The notes under the pieces: generated by a model
The model's database searches: none
What the model was told of the DNA's origin: nothing
What the model saw: the letters and a program-made list of their open reading frames with translations, nothing else
Program-made: the position numbers and the translations under genes
Part shown: piece by piece, positions 39,460-49,330 of the stretch
Layout of the letters: the number at the start of each line of letters is the position of its first letter
Numbering within the stretch: the first letter of the stretch is position 1
NCBI GenBank assembly: GCA_949299545.1
Contig: CASGAM010000020.1
Coordinates: forward strand, 56,432 to 120,431
Length of the DNA stretch: 64,000 bases
Direction of reading: 5' to 3'
From: an uncultured Prevotellaceae bacterium
Lineage (GTDB): Bacteria; Bacteroidota; Bacteroidia; Bacteroidales; Bacteroidaceae

Positions 39460-39522
39460 GACTTTTTATTCTTATTATTATTAAAATTATTTGGTTATGT
39501 AAAAAACGTTAGTTATTGTCGG

Positions 39523-40452
39523 TTAAAAACGTCCGCCCGAGCCACCGCCGCCGAAACTGCCCCCACCGAAACTTCCTCCTCCGAAGGAGCCTCCGCTGAA
39601 ACCTCCCCCGAATCCCCGGTGAAATGGCCCGGCGATGGGTGGAAAGCCGCCGAACCCCGAGCCGTTGTCCCACGGCTCGTCATGGAATCGGTGAAACGTT
39701 TTGCCGCAGTGCGTGCAACGGTATGTTTCTTTGTGATGTTCTATCATTTGGAGCCTGTCAATCGTGACTTCGGTATTGATACGGCGGATTCCTGATTTCT
39801 TACAATAAGGACAGGAACTTTGCTTTTTATTCTTGAACCACGAGAACAGGATGATGAGAAGAAACAGGGCTGTAAAAAGATAAAACGATAAGCCGATTTT
39901 TTTATCTGGCTGTCTGTTGTCATATCCGTCGTTTATGAGCGACATGTCGCCTTCGATGACTTTGCAGGCTGCTTCGGTAGCCTGTAACATGGCCTTGTCC
40001 CAATCACCTGTTTTCAGATATGGTACCATGTTCCGGTTCTGTATCCGACGACAAATGGCATCCGGCAAAGTACCTTCAAGTCCTTCGCCCGTGAGGAACT
40101 GGTAGCATCGGTCTTCGGTGGATAAAAGGATGATGAAACCGGTGTCGTTCCGGCTGCCGATACCGTATTTGTTGCCAAGTGTGATGGCAAATTCATAACA
40201 GTCGCCGCCTTCAACGTTTTCTACGACGATTGCCAAAGCCTGTACCCCCTTGTTCGTTTCCAGCTTGTACAATAAACTGTCGATGGATGCGACTGTGGCA
40301 GCCGACAGTATATGGTCAGGGTTGACGGTATATCTTGTCTTGTCCTGAAGGTAGGGGATGGGCAGATTTTCAGGAGAATAGGTTCCTGCCATGAGTGTGC
40401 TGCCGAACGTTATGGTCAAGAGTAGGATCAGCAGTTTATGTCTCATAAGCAT
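39523..40452 (-). CDS. TPM domain protein with CxxC pair and Gly-rich tail
   Basis: TGEGLEGTLPD, TM helix, CPYC...CTHC, (GGGSF)n tail; LemA partner. Confidence 0.9.
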   Translation of the reverse strand: MLMRHKLLILLLTITFGSTLMAGTYSPENLPIPYLQDKTRYTVNPDHILSAATVASIDSLLYKLETNKGVQALAIVVENVEGGDCYEFAITLGNKYGIGSRNDTGFIILLSTEDRCYQFLTGEGLEGTLPDAICRRIQNRNMVPYLKTGDWDKAMLQATEAACKVIEGDMSLINDGYDNRQPDKKIGLSFYLFTALFLLIILFSWFKNKKQSSCPYCKKSGIRRINTEVTIDRLQMIEHHKETYRCTHCGKTFHRFHDEPWDNGSGFGGFPPIAGPFHRGFGGGFSGGSFGGGSFGGGSFGGGGSGGRF

Positions 40453-40492
40453 ATATTTTTAGGTTTGAATTTGGAAAATTACAATTTTCTTT

Positions 40493-41479
40493 TTATCTGT
40501 TATGCTGCTTTAAGAAGATTTTAACATTGTTCGTATATTCTTTAGAATCTTCTAAATATGATAAAGCGTGTTCTGCGGGGATGGTCAAATAAACAATTTT
40601 GCCGGGATGATGTGCAGATAAGGTGTCTCCCATCCATGTTGGCACAAATGTGTCCTTGGAGCCATGGATAATCATGGTCGGATATTGGCTTTTCTGAATC
40701 TGTGAAAGAGGGGAGGCTTCTTTGAAATCCCAGCCGTATCGGAGTTTTGTCAGCCAACTTGTTATATATAATAGAGGAAATTCCGGCAATGAGAACTGTA
40801 TGCGGAGTTCTTTGCTGAATTCGTCCCAAACGGACGTATAGCCACAATCTGCAATGAAGCATTTGACGTACGGTGCCTGTTTTTCTCCACTGACGCACAA
40901 GGTCGTTGCGGCTCCCATTGATATACCGTGTACGACCATGTTTGTAGAGGCGGTTTCCGTTGAGTCGGACGTTGAAAAAATATTGTTGGCCACATCCATC
41001 CAGCGCATGACATCCCATCTGTCCTTCCATCCCATTTGTATGTGGTCTCCTTCGCTTTTCCCGGCAAAACGCAAATCGGGAAGCAATACATTGTAATGTA
41101 AGTCGTGATTGTACAGGTAGCCGATATGTAGCATTCTTACTGCGTTGTCTGTATAGCCATGTACAATTACCGCCGTGTTTTTGGTTATGCTGTCAGCATA
41201 GATATATAAGGCATGGAGTTTGGTCCCGTCATCAGTTGTGATAAATGTGTCACGTAATGAATTATGCGTTTTCAGACTGTCTGCCCATGAACGGATGAAC
41301 GGATATGTTTCAAACATGTACTGATAAGAGGTTTCGTAATTTTTTCCTCTTTCATTTCCTTGGGCTTCAAGGGCATACCATTGCATGTAAAGTGCTGCGC
41401 CTAAAAGCAGGGCAATGATGGCCATGACTATAGAGATGCTCCAAATAAGGATTTTTTTTCTCAGATGATGTTTATTCAT
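40493..41479 (-). CDS. Alpha/beta hydrolase, membrane anchored
   Basis: VHGY, HGISMG, IHGSKDTFVP, AEH. Confidence 0.9.
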   Translation of the reverse strand: MNKHHLRKKILIWSISIVMAIIALLLGAALYMQWYALEAQGNERGKNYETSYQYMFETYPFIRSWADSLKTHNSLRDTFITTDDGTKLHALYIYADSITKNTAVIVHGYTDNAVRMLHIGYLYNHDLHYNVLLPDLRFAGKSEGDHIQMGWKDRWDVMRWMDVANNIFSTSDSTETASTNMVVHGISMGAATTLCVSGEKQAPYVKCFIADCGYTSVWDEFSKELRIQFSLPEFPLLYITSWLTKLRYGWDFKEASPLSQIQKSQYPTMIIHGSKDTFVPTWMGDTLSAHHPGKIVYLTIPAEHALSYLEDSKEYTNNVKIFLKQHNR

Positions 41480-41489
41480 AGTTAAATGG

Positions 41490-42230
41490 TTATCGGTTCC
41501 ATATTTCCCAGCCTGTATAGGCTTGTAATATCAGCATTTCCAGACCGTTTTTTGTGACAGCCCCTTGTGCTTTGCCTTTTTTCAGGAATAAAGTTTCATC
41601 CGGGTTGTATATCAGGTCGTAAAGCAGATGGTTTTCGCTCAGATATTCGTATGGAATGTCCGGACATTCTTCCGTATGGGGAAACATGCCAATTGGTGTG
41701 CAGTTGACAATGACGGTAAACTCTTTAATTATATCTTCTGTCAGATCTTTGTAGGTCAGGGCGCCGTTGGCATCCCTGCGGCTGACAAACCGGGTCTTCA
41801 GACCTAACTTCTTCAGTCCGAAATCTACGGCTTTCGATGCGCCGCCAGTACCCAACACCAGCGCTTTTTTATGGTGCGTTTCTAATAGCGGCTCAATGGA
41901 CTGTGTGAAACCTGTCACGTCGGAATTATGCCCGACAAGGTAGGGAATACCGTTTTTTCGTTTTATGCTGATCACGTTCACTGCACCGATTTTGCGGGCA
42001 TCCTCGCTGACTTCGTCCAAATAAGATATTACTTTCTCTTTGTAAGGGATCGTTACATTCAGACCTTGCAGGTCAGGCGTTTCAGTAATGATGTCCTGGA
42101 AAAGAGTAATAGATGGAATCTCAAAATTGACATATTCCGCGTCAATGTGTTCATTGCTGAATTTCTCGTTGAAAAAGTCTTTGGAGAAAGAGTGGTTCAG
42201 CGGATAGCCTACTAAGCCGTATTTTTTCAT
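41490..42230 (-). CDS. aroE: Shikimate dehydrogenase
   Basis: HSFS, NVTIPYK, GTGGAS, DLIYNP, NGLEML. Confidence 0.95.
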   Translation of the reverse strand: MKKYGLVGYPLNHSFSKDFFNEKFSNEHIDAEYVNFEIPSITLFQDIITETPDLQGLNVTIPYKEKVISYLDEVSEDARKIGAVNVISIKRKNGIPYLVGHNSDVTGFTQSIEPLLETHHKKALVLGTGGASKAVDFGLKKLGLKTRFVSRRDANGALTYKDLTEDIIKEFTVIVNCTPIGMFPHTEECPDIPYEYLSENHLLYDLIYNPDETLFLKKGKAQGAVTKNGLEMLILQAYTGWEIWNR

Positions 42231-42248
42231 AATATATAACCTAAAAAA

Positions 42249-42983
42249 TTATTTCGTAGCCAGATACATGGTACAGATGCCAAATGTGAAACGCCTGAAA
42301 CTCACTTCGTCGAAGCCGGCTTTCCGGATAATGCCGCTCATGACCGTTCCTTGCGGGAAAGCTGCCATTGTGGCGGGCAGGTAAGAATAAGCGCTTTTGT
42401 CTTTTGAAATGAGTCGGCCGATGGTCGGCATGATGATGCGGGCGTAGAGAGCGAAAAGCTGTTTCATCGGAAATGTCTGGGGAGCGCTTAGTTCGACAAT
42501 CAGCATGTGTCCCCCTTTTTTGATAACCCTGTGCATTTCTCGGAGCCCTTTGTCTAAGTCCTCAAAATTCCTCACGCCATATGCCACGGTGACGGCATCG
42601 AAGCTATTGTCGTCAAAGGACAGCCGTGTACAGTCTTCACGTTGGAATGAGATAGTGCCTTCCAGTCCTGCTGCTTTCACTTTTTGACGTCCGATTTGCA
42701 TCATCCCCTCCGAGATGTCAGCTCCGACCAGTTGTTGGGGGCCGAGCCGTTGTGCCGCCAATATTGCAAAATCTCCTGTCCCTGTCGCTATGTCTAAGAT
42801 GGATTGCGGCCTGTATGGTTTCAGCGAGTCGATGGCTACGCGTCTCCACCTTTTGTCAATGCCCATTGACAGGAAATGGTTCAACGTGTCATAAGAGTGG
42901 GCAATGTGGTCGAACATGCGTTCCACCTGCTCGCTCTTATGACCGTTGTCATGATAAGGTTTTATTTTCTCTTGCTCGTACAC
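42249..42983 (-). CDS. menG: Demethylmenaquinone methyltransferase UbiE/MenG
   Basis: [31 protein letters not shown]. Confidence 0.95.
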   Translation of the reverse strand: MYEQEKIKPYHDNGHKSEQVERMFDHIAHSYDTLNHFLSMGIDKRWRRVAIDSLKPYRPQSILDIATGTGDFAILAAQRLGPQQLVGADISEGMMQIGRQKVKAAGLEGTISFQREDCTRLSFDDNSFDAVTVAYGVRNFEDLDKGLREMHRVIKKGGHMLIVELSAPQTFPMKQLFALYARIIMPTIGRLISKDKSAYSYLPATMAAFPQGTVMSGIIRKAGFDEVSFRRFTFGICTMYLATK

Positions 42984-42990
42984 AGGCTTG

Positions 42991-43938
42991 TTACTTGCTT
43001 TTCAGATACTCGGTAACATTCTTTTCTATGCGTGTGGCAAGATCCTCGTTCTGTTCCGCTTTGCAGAATTTCTCTCCCACAATGCCCTCATACAGTTCGA
43101 TGTAGCGGTCGGATACACTGGCTACATACTCATCTGTCATTTCAGGTACGGTCTGGCCGGCTTGTCCCATGAAGTCGTGGTCGATGAGCCACTGGCGTAC
43201 AAACTCTTTTGAGAGTTGCTTTTGCGGTTCGCCCTTTTCAAACTTCTCCTGATAGCCCTCTGCGTAAAAATAGCGGCTGGAGTCGGGTGTGTGTATTTCG
43301 TCTATAAGGTAGACTTTGCCGTCTTTTTTGCCGAACTCATATTTCGTATCTACCAGTATCAGTCCCTTTTGTGCGGCCATTTCCGAACCGCGTTCAAATA
43401 AGGCATAAGTATATTTTTCCATCAGCTCGTAATCTTCCTTGCTGACGATACCCTGGGCGATGATTTCTTCCTTTGAAATGTTTTCGTCATGCCCTGCGTC
43501 GGCTTTTGTCGTCGGGGTAATGATGGGCGTCGGGAACTTTTGATTTTCTTTCATGCCTTCAGGCAGTTTCACGCCGCACAGTTCGCGGCAGCCTTTCTGG
43601 TATTCGCGCCATGCCGATCCGGTCAGATAGCCGCGGATAATCATTTCCACCCGGAAACCTTCACATTTGATGCCGACGGTCACCATCGGATCCGGAGTGG
43701 CTAATTTCCAGTTCGGGACAATGTCACTTGTGGCGTCGAGGAATTTGGCGGCGATTTGGTTCAGCACCTGTCCCTTGAAGGGGATGCCTTTTGGAAGAAT
43801 GACGTCAAAGGCTGAGATACGGTCAGTTGCAACCATGACCAGCAGGTCGTCGTTGATGTCATACACGTCGCGCACTTTACCATGGTACACGCTCTTCTGT
43901 CCCGGAAAGTTGAAATTTGTCTGAGTTAATGCTTTCAT
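42991..43938 (-). CDS. purC: SAICAR synthase
   Basis: [31 protein letters not shown]. Confidence 0.96.
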   Translation of the reverse strand: MKALTQTNFNFPGQKSVYHGKVRDVYDINDDLLVMVATDRISAFDVILPKGIPFKGQVLNQIAAKFLDATSDIVPNWKLATPDPMVTVGIKCEGFRVEMIIRGYLTGSAWREYQKGCRELCGVKLPEGMKENQKFPTPIITPTTKADAGHDENISKEEIIAQGIVSKEDYELMEKYTYALFERGSEMAAQKGLILVDTKYEFGKKDGKVYLIDEIHTPDSSRYFYAEGYQEKFEKGEPQKQLSKEFVRQWLIDHDFMGQAGQTVPEMTDEYVASVSDRYIELYEGIVGEKFCKAEQNEDLATRIEKNVTEYLKSK

Positions 43939-43971
43939 CTTTTTTATTTTTTTATGTGAAAATGAAGTCTT

Positions 43972-45000
43972 TTAGTTGTCACCGAGTCCGTTCATGGGGC
44001 GGAAAATGGGCTCTTCATCCGTTTCCTGGTGCTTTTTGTGCTGTTTTTTGTGGGCTGCCGCTTTGTCCTTTTCATGTCGGGCGTATGCTTCCACGATGCG
44101 CGTCACCAATTGGTGACGTACAATATCTTTTTCGTTCATTTCGATGACGGCGATACCTTTGATACCTTTAAGGATGTGCAGCGATTCGATTAATCCGGAG
44201 CGTTGTGACGGCGGCAGGTCTATTTGGGTCATGTCGCCTGTCACGATCATTTTGGTGTTCATGCCCATGCGGGTGAGGAACATCTTGATTTGCGCCGGTG
44301 TGGTGTTTTGGGCTTCGTCCAGAATGACCACGGCATCGTTCAGGGTGCGTCCTCTCATAAAGGCCAGCGGCGCTATCTGGATGATGTTGTGTTCCATCAT
44401 CTCCTGAAGTTTGGTTGCCGGCAGCATGTCCTGTAACGCGTCATAAAGCGGTTGCAGGTATGGGTCTATCTTGTCTTTCATGTCACCTGGCAGGAATCCC
44501 AACTTTTCTCCTGCTTCAACGGCCGGACGACTCAGGATGATTTTCCTGATTTCTTTGTTCTTCAGGGCTCTGACGGCCAACGCAATGCTGGTGTAAGTCT
44601 TTCCCGAACCTGCCGGCCCTATAGCGAACAGCATGTCGTTCTCTTCGTAAGCTTGTACCAAACGCTGCTGGTTGGTGCTGCGTGCGCAGATAGGTTTGCC
44701 GTTCACGCTGTACACGATGACGTTTTTCACCTCTTCTATCTCGTTGTCTTGTCCCTTGACGATTCGGATAATGTCTTCTTCTTTCAAGCAATTATATTTT
44801 GCACAGTGTTGTTCCATGGCGATGACATGTTCCTCGAAGGCACACATTTCTTTCTCGTCGCCCATCACTTTAATGACATTGCCCCGTGCCACTATGCGCA
44901 GTTTTGGGTACAACGCCTTGATGATTTGGATGTTTGCGTTTTTTACACCATAAAACAACACCGGGTCGATATCTTCCAATACAATATGCTTTTCTATCAT
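43972..45000 (-). CDS. PhoH family ATPase
   Basis: GPAGSGKT, RPAVEAGEKLGFLPGD, MRGRT, DEAQN. Confidence 0.95.
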   Translation of the reverse strand: MIEKHIVLEDIDPVLFYGVKNANIQIIKALYPKLRIVARGNVIKVMGDEKEMCAFEEHVIAMEQHCAKYNCLKEEDIIRIVKGQDNEIEEVKNVIVYSVNGKPICARSTNQQRLVQAYEENDMLFAIGPAGSGKTYTSIALAVRALKNKEIRKIILSRPAVEAGEKLGFLPGDMKDKIDPYLQPLYDALQDMLPATKLQEMMEHNIIQIAPLAFMRGRTLNDAVVILDEAQNTTPAQIKMFLTRMGMNTKMIVTGDMTQIDLPPSQRSGLIESLHILKGIKGIAVIEMNEKDIVRHQLVTRIVEAYARHEKDKAAAHKKQHKKHQETDEEPIFRPMNGLGDN

Positions 45001-45015
45001 TTATATAATTTTGCG

Positions 45016-45023
45016 CAAATTTA
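45016..45023 (-). promoter_or_regulatory. -7 promoter element for the phoH-purC operon
   Basis: TAAATTTG on the minus strand just upstream of the ATG. Confidence 0.5.
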
Positions 45024-45255
45024 ATCATTCTGTTTCTAATTCACTATCTTTTCGCCATATTTGTTGTAATCAGGTATGTTTATATGGTTATCAGCAGAAT
45101 GTCTTGGACTGAGAAAGTTGAGACAATCAGAATGTTATGAGAGATACAAGGTGCAGGGAAAGGAGCAGTATCTGAGGGTAGATTATTTCTGTCTGCCTGT
45201 ATGTGAAAAGAGTCTGATAACATAAAACTTTTGTTTTCTTGGTTTATAGAAAAGA

Positions 45256-45291
45256 TAAATGCGCCACATCCTTTTCATGTGAGCGCATTTA
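45256..45291 (-). terminator. Stem-loop after the LRR gene
   Basis: TAAATGCGC-CACAT ... ATGTG-A-GCGCATTTA. Confidence 0.65.
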
Positions 45292-45321
45292 ACTTATTTC
45301 TTATTGTATCAGAAAAATGTT

Positions 45322-46960
45322 TTATCTGATGATGACTTTTGATGTAGACCCGTCACAGCGCTTGATTACATAAATGCCTGGAGTGGTGGGGGCACTTTTC
45401 CGGATGCCGTCAATAGAAATATATTCTTCGACTGGACTCGTGCTTCCTGTCGTGACGGATTCAATACCTGTAGTATTGGGTGAGATACAAATGGAATATA
45501 TCTTCACACAGTCTTCGGTAGCACGAGATTTATTCATAAAACTCGGCTGATTTGATGGTTCTGAAGCATAAATATAAACATAAGAATCTTCGGTTACATT
45601 GTAGTCAACTGAGATGATCCCCTGGGTCGCCTGGCTATAAGAATGTGAATTTCCTTTCCCTGTCATCACACACAGTTGTCGGTTGCCTGTGGTACGGCAG
45701 TTCACCTGCAGATTTCCAGTTCCTGCCGGTATCATGACAATCATTCCGTTAAACCGGTTGGCTACATCAGACTTACCCGGTGCCATGCCAGCTATGGCGT
45801 TTGCTTCCTCAATACTTAGGGTAGAATGAAGCACAATACTGTTGTCAGACGTGTCAAAATAGTCTTCCTCACCTATGGTCACGTATACGTCTCCCAATAC
45901 TGTGTCCGTTAAGTCCGTTTGCCCGTTTATGACGCCGGCAAATATAGTTTCGCTCTTCTTCTCAGGTGCTGAGATTTCTTGTATGGGTACAATTACCGGG
46001 GCGTATCGGCTCCAGTATGGGTTGTTGCGATATTCTTCCATACTCTCTACCGGGACCCTCATGTATGCCACATCGTTGACCGTGTAATAAAAGTTCCAAA
46101 GATTGTCACCTTCCGTAGGGGTAGGGGGGATCAGAGATGTTGATGTTATCTTAACCTTATCTTTCGGGGTGGAACTGAATGGTGCATCTCCTATGTATTC
46201 CAATGTTGACGGGAGATAGATGGAATGAACTGCATCACATTTCCCGAAAGCGCCTTCACCCAGCACTTTTGTACCCTCGGGCAGAGATATCTCTTTCAGA
46301 TTCTCACACCAACGGAATGCCCCTATACCCACTTCTTCAAGATACAAAGGCCAGTGGAATCCGGTCAGCGAACTGCAGTAACCGAACGCTTCGATTCCTA
46401 TTTTGCGAACGTGGTCAGGGAGGTAGATGCTTTTCAGGTTCTGGCATCCGCTAAATGCCTCATCATCTATGATCTCAACGCTGGTGGGCAGCACTAGTTC
46501 CGTCAGTGTATAGTTGTTACTGAAAACACCTTTGGGAATTCGTGTCACTTTATCTCCTACCGTAAAACTACACTCAAATTCCACCGGACGACCGGCATGT
46601 TGCCCAAAAATTCCTCCGGCAATAGTTGCGTCGATGGCCTCGTATTTCACCTGCCATATTGAGTTGCAATATCGGAATACATCTTGGCCTATGTATTCCA
46701 CTTGTTCGGGAATGGTAATTCGGGCCAGATTGTTGCAGTTATAGAAAAGCTCATCGGGCCAATGTGTTATTCCCGGCATGTCCGGAATGCTTGTGATGCC
46801 ACTTCCTGCAAAAGTACGTTTGCCAACTTTTTTGACTGATGCCGGGATGATAACGCACGAAAGTACGGTTTAATCGTGAAACACCAAAAAAAATGCCCCC
46901 CCCTTGCTGCAACCCCTTCCCCAATGCCCGTTCACCAATATTTCTTTGCCCCCTTCCGTT
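45322..46960 (-). pseudogene. BspA-type leucine-rich repeat protein with T9SS C-terminus, 5'-truncated and frameshifted
   Basis: LPxxxxxIxxxAFxxCxxL repeats and CTD PGIYVIK...KVIIR. The frame continues upstream of ATG 46779 (VIIPASVKKVGKRTFAGS) to a TAA near 46870; out-of-frame LRR-like remnants extend to ~46960. No signal peptide. Confidence 0.7.
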
Positions 46961-47005
46961 TATCACTTTTTATTCGTACTTTTGTGTCCGAAAAATACGA
47001 AAAAG

Positions 47006-47827
47006 TTGAAAAGGTTGAGAAAAAAGGTCTTTTTAGGCCTTGTTTATGGAATAATTCTGATATTGGCGGTGGTGCGGTGCGCCTTTCCGCAGGTTATGGA
47101 CAAACGTGTGGTGGCGGACGTATGTTTGCCTGCAGACAGTTGTGATGTTGCAGACGTTCAAGATGGGGAGGGTGCATGCCTTACGGAACGGTCTGCCGGC
47201 TTGTGTCTGGCTTATGACGCTCCGAGGTTCGTCGACAGCGAAGGCCGTCCGATAAAAAACAGGATATACAGTGTTCCCGGCTTCCGGAAGACTTTCCCCG
47301 ACTTGCAGGATGTACATATCGTGGCGGCACGCCGGTGGGGCGTATCCCCGGTAGAAGACAGGAAAGAAGCCGAAAAACGGAAAAACGAACTGGTGTATGT
47401 CGGAAGCAATCCTTATTATACGATGGACGGCAGGATGAACTATTCTATTCCTTATCTGGTACCCCGTGCCAGTGACCTTCTGCAAAAGATCAGCCGGAAT
47501 TTTCTGGATTCGTTGGCCATCAAGGGTATTCCCTTGCACACGTTGATTGTCACGTCTGTTTTGCGTACCGAGAATGACATACGACGGCTGCGGCGGGTGA
47601 ACTATAACGCGTCGGAGGAAAGTTGTCACCGCTTCGGCACGACCTTCGACATCTCATACCATCGTTATAATACGGTGAGCCATCCTGACGGTCCTGAGCG
47701 TCGGGCGGTGCGCAATGACACGTTAAAATGGGTGCTGTCAGAGGTCTTGCGCGATGTGCGGGCCGCTGGATTGTGTTATGTCAAATATGAGGTCAAACAA
47801 GGCTGTTACCATGTGACGGTGCGATAA
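47006..47827 (+). CDS. DUF5715-like protein (LAS/M15-like peptidase fold), N-terminal TM
   Basis: PYLVPRA, VTSVLRT, SCHRFGTTFDISY, VKYEVKQGCYHVTVR. TTG start at 47006 or 47015, after promoter TACTTTTG (46977-46984). Confidence 0.8.
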   Translation: MKRLRKKVFLGLVYGIILILAVVRCAFPQVMDKRVVADVCLPADSCDVADVQDGEGACLTERSAGLCLAYDAPRFVDSEGRPIKNRIYSVPGFRKTFPDLQDVHIVAARRWGVSPVEDRKEAEKRKNELVYVGSNPYYTMDGRMNYSIPYLVPRASDLLQKISRNFLDSLAIKGIPLHTLIVTSVLRTENDIRRLRRVNYNASEESCHRFGTTFDISYHRYNTVSHPDGPERRAVRNDTLKWVLSEVLRDVRAAGLCYVKYEVKQGCYHVTVR

Positions 47828-47928
47828 TGTCCGTCTTCGGCAAATTTTTTTCTGCTTATTTTCTTCCTGCGGTTAAACCAAATGGAATTTTGGTAGTCTA
47901 AAGGATAAGCTATTAAAAGAAAGATAAG

Positions 47929-48459
47929 ATGAAAAAAGTTTGTATTTTATTGTTTGCGTGTTTGGCGTTTGCGTCAAGCACCTATGCACAGCCAGATCCT
48001 TCGCAAATGTTTGAGCGTAGGGCAGAAAGCATGGCTGATGAGCTGAAGCTGAAAGATGACGCGAAAACAGCTTTTGTGGAACGTTACAAGGCTTATTTGC
48101 AGGAAATGTTTACGGCGCGCATGGACGGAATGCAGCAGAACCAGCAGAACCGTTCAAAGAATGAAAACCTTACCGATGAAAAGGCAAAGGCATTGATTCA
48201 GCAACATTTCGACCAAAGTACCCAGCAGATTGTCAACTCGTACAACGTCTTAAATGTTGAAAAGAAGTATTATGAGGAGTTTGCCAAAACGCTGACGCCC
48301 CAGCAGCTTGTCAAAGTCTTTGTCCCTGATGTCCGTGCGAACAGCAACCGTACACAGATGAGGCGGCCAAGCGGTTCTTTTCGCCAGCAGCCGGGCTTCA
48401 ACCGCCAGCAGCCGGGTAATTTTGGCGACTTCGGTAACTCTGGAGACAGTGATTGGTAA
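47929..48459 (+). CDS. Secreted helical hypothetical protein with low-complexity tail
   Basis: Signal peptide; MADELKL, LTPQQL (Spy/LTxxQ-like); RQQPGFN repeat. Confidence 0.8.
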   Translation: MKKVCILLFACLAFASSTYAQPDPSQMFERRAESMADELKLKDDAKTAFVERYKAYLQEMFTARMDGMQQNQQNRSKNENLTDEKAKALIQQHFDQSTQQIVNSYNVLNVEKKYYEEFAKTLTPQQLVKVFVPDVRANSNRTQMRRPSGSFRQQPGFNRQQPGNFGDFGNSGDSDW

Positions 48460-48567
48460 ATGATTGTTTGACAGGATAACGTGTAATATGCCAGTTACGT
48501 GTGATTTGTAGTGATAGTTTTATCTGTAAAGTATCGTAACGTTTTTTAGGTATGCCTCAATAGGTAT

Positions 48568-48610
48568 GAACTCCCCGGTGTGAAAGTCCTGCCGGGGAGT
48601 TCTTGTTTGT
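48568..48610 (+). terminator. Intrinsic terminator
   Basis: GAACTCCCCGG ... CCGGGGAGTTC followed by a T-rich run. Confidence 0.8.
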
Positions 48611-48642
48611 TGTTTTCCATCCGTTGCGGCGTACATTTCAGG

Positions 48643-49055
48643 CTCCTCCCTATACAGCAAGTTTTTTCTAAATATCCTTCACTCCTTCACGGGTATGTTT
48701 AACTAATTGACAATGAGATTATTGCGCATGAATATCTAGACGCCGGTTCTTTCATGTCAGGTGTAGTCGGTTGTCAGCGCTTGCGGGCGGTTTTGCAACC
48801 TGTCGCCTTCATGATACGACCTGTCGCTTTGCAGAAGCGACAGGTCGCAGTTTTCATTGCAGGCTTTACTGCTTTTCGACATCATTTTATCTTTTTTGTC
48901 TTATATGTTTACCGGTTCCCCGAACGTATTGAGGAACCTCTGATGAAAACGGAAGGACAAAGTCCTTCACCTTCAAACCGTTTGTTTTCAATTAATTAAA
49001 TGTACGGGTGAAGGAGTGAAGGACTTTTTTGAGGAACTAGGTGTAGTAGGAGAAG
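48643..49055. mobile_element. MITE-like non-coding element, copy 2 (inverted relative to copy 1)
   Basis: 48643-48713 matches the reverse complement of 48985-49055 at 52/71 positions without gaps, including a perfect TCCTTCACTCCTTCAC; same central palindrome array as copy 1. Confidence 0.6.
48795..48848. repeat. Three 12-bp palindromes at exact 21-bp spacing
   Basis: GCAACCTGTCGC 48795, ACGACCTGTCGC 48816, GCGACAGGTCGC 48837. Confidence 0.9.
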
Positions 49056-49173
49056 AACAGGTTCCGGTTGGTGGACAGATGGTGTAAGATTGTAAATATT
49101 ATTTAATTCCGTAAGGCACCTTCGGGATTGAAGGAACATTGCTTCTGGGAAATGGGTAAAATGAAAGCGTGTA

Positions 49174-49205
49174 TTTGTTATTTCCGTTGTAAATCCATAT
49201 CTTTG
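49174..49205 (+). promoter_or_regulatory. Promoter of the metalloprotease-SusCD operon
   Basis: TTTG (49174-49177), 20 nt, TATCTTTG (49198-49205). Confidence 0.7.
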
Positions 49206-49330
49206 CAGAAATTATCTGTAAAAGGGTAAGTCGAGTTTAAGTGTTTTAGGATACGATGGTTGTAAATGTGCCGTTTTGTGTCGTACCTATATGTTATATA
49301 TAATGTTGAACGGCACACATTGGTAAACTT

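Noticed and set aside
39523-39620. 15-bp tandem repeats at the end of the TPM gene
   Set aside because: They encode the ordinary GGGSF tail of TPM proteins and vary at synonymous positions.
48643-49055. Classical invertible promoter driving the SusCD operon
   Set aside because: The arms are long and imperfect, no clear TAnnTTTG promoter lies inside, the good promoter (49174-49205) is outside, and there is no recombinase in the window. Not fully excluded without reads.
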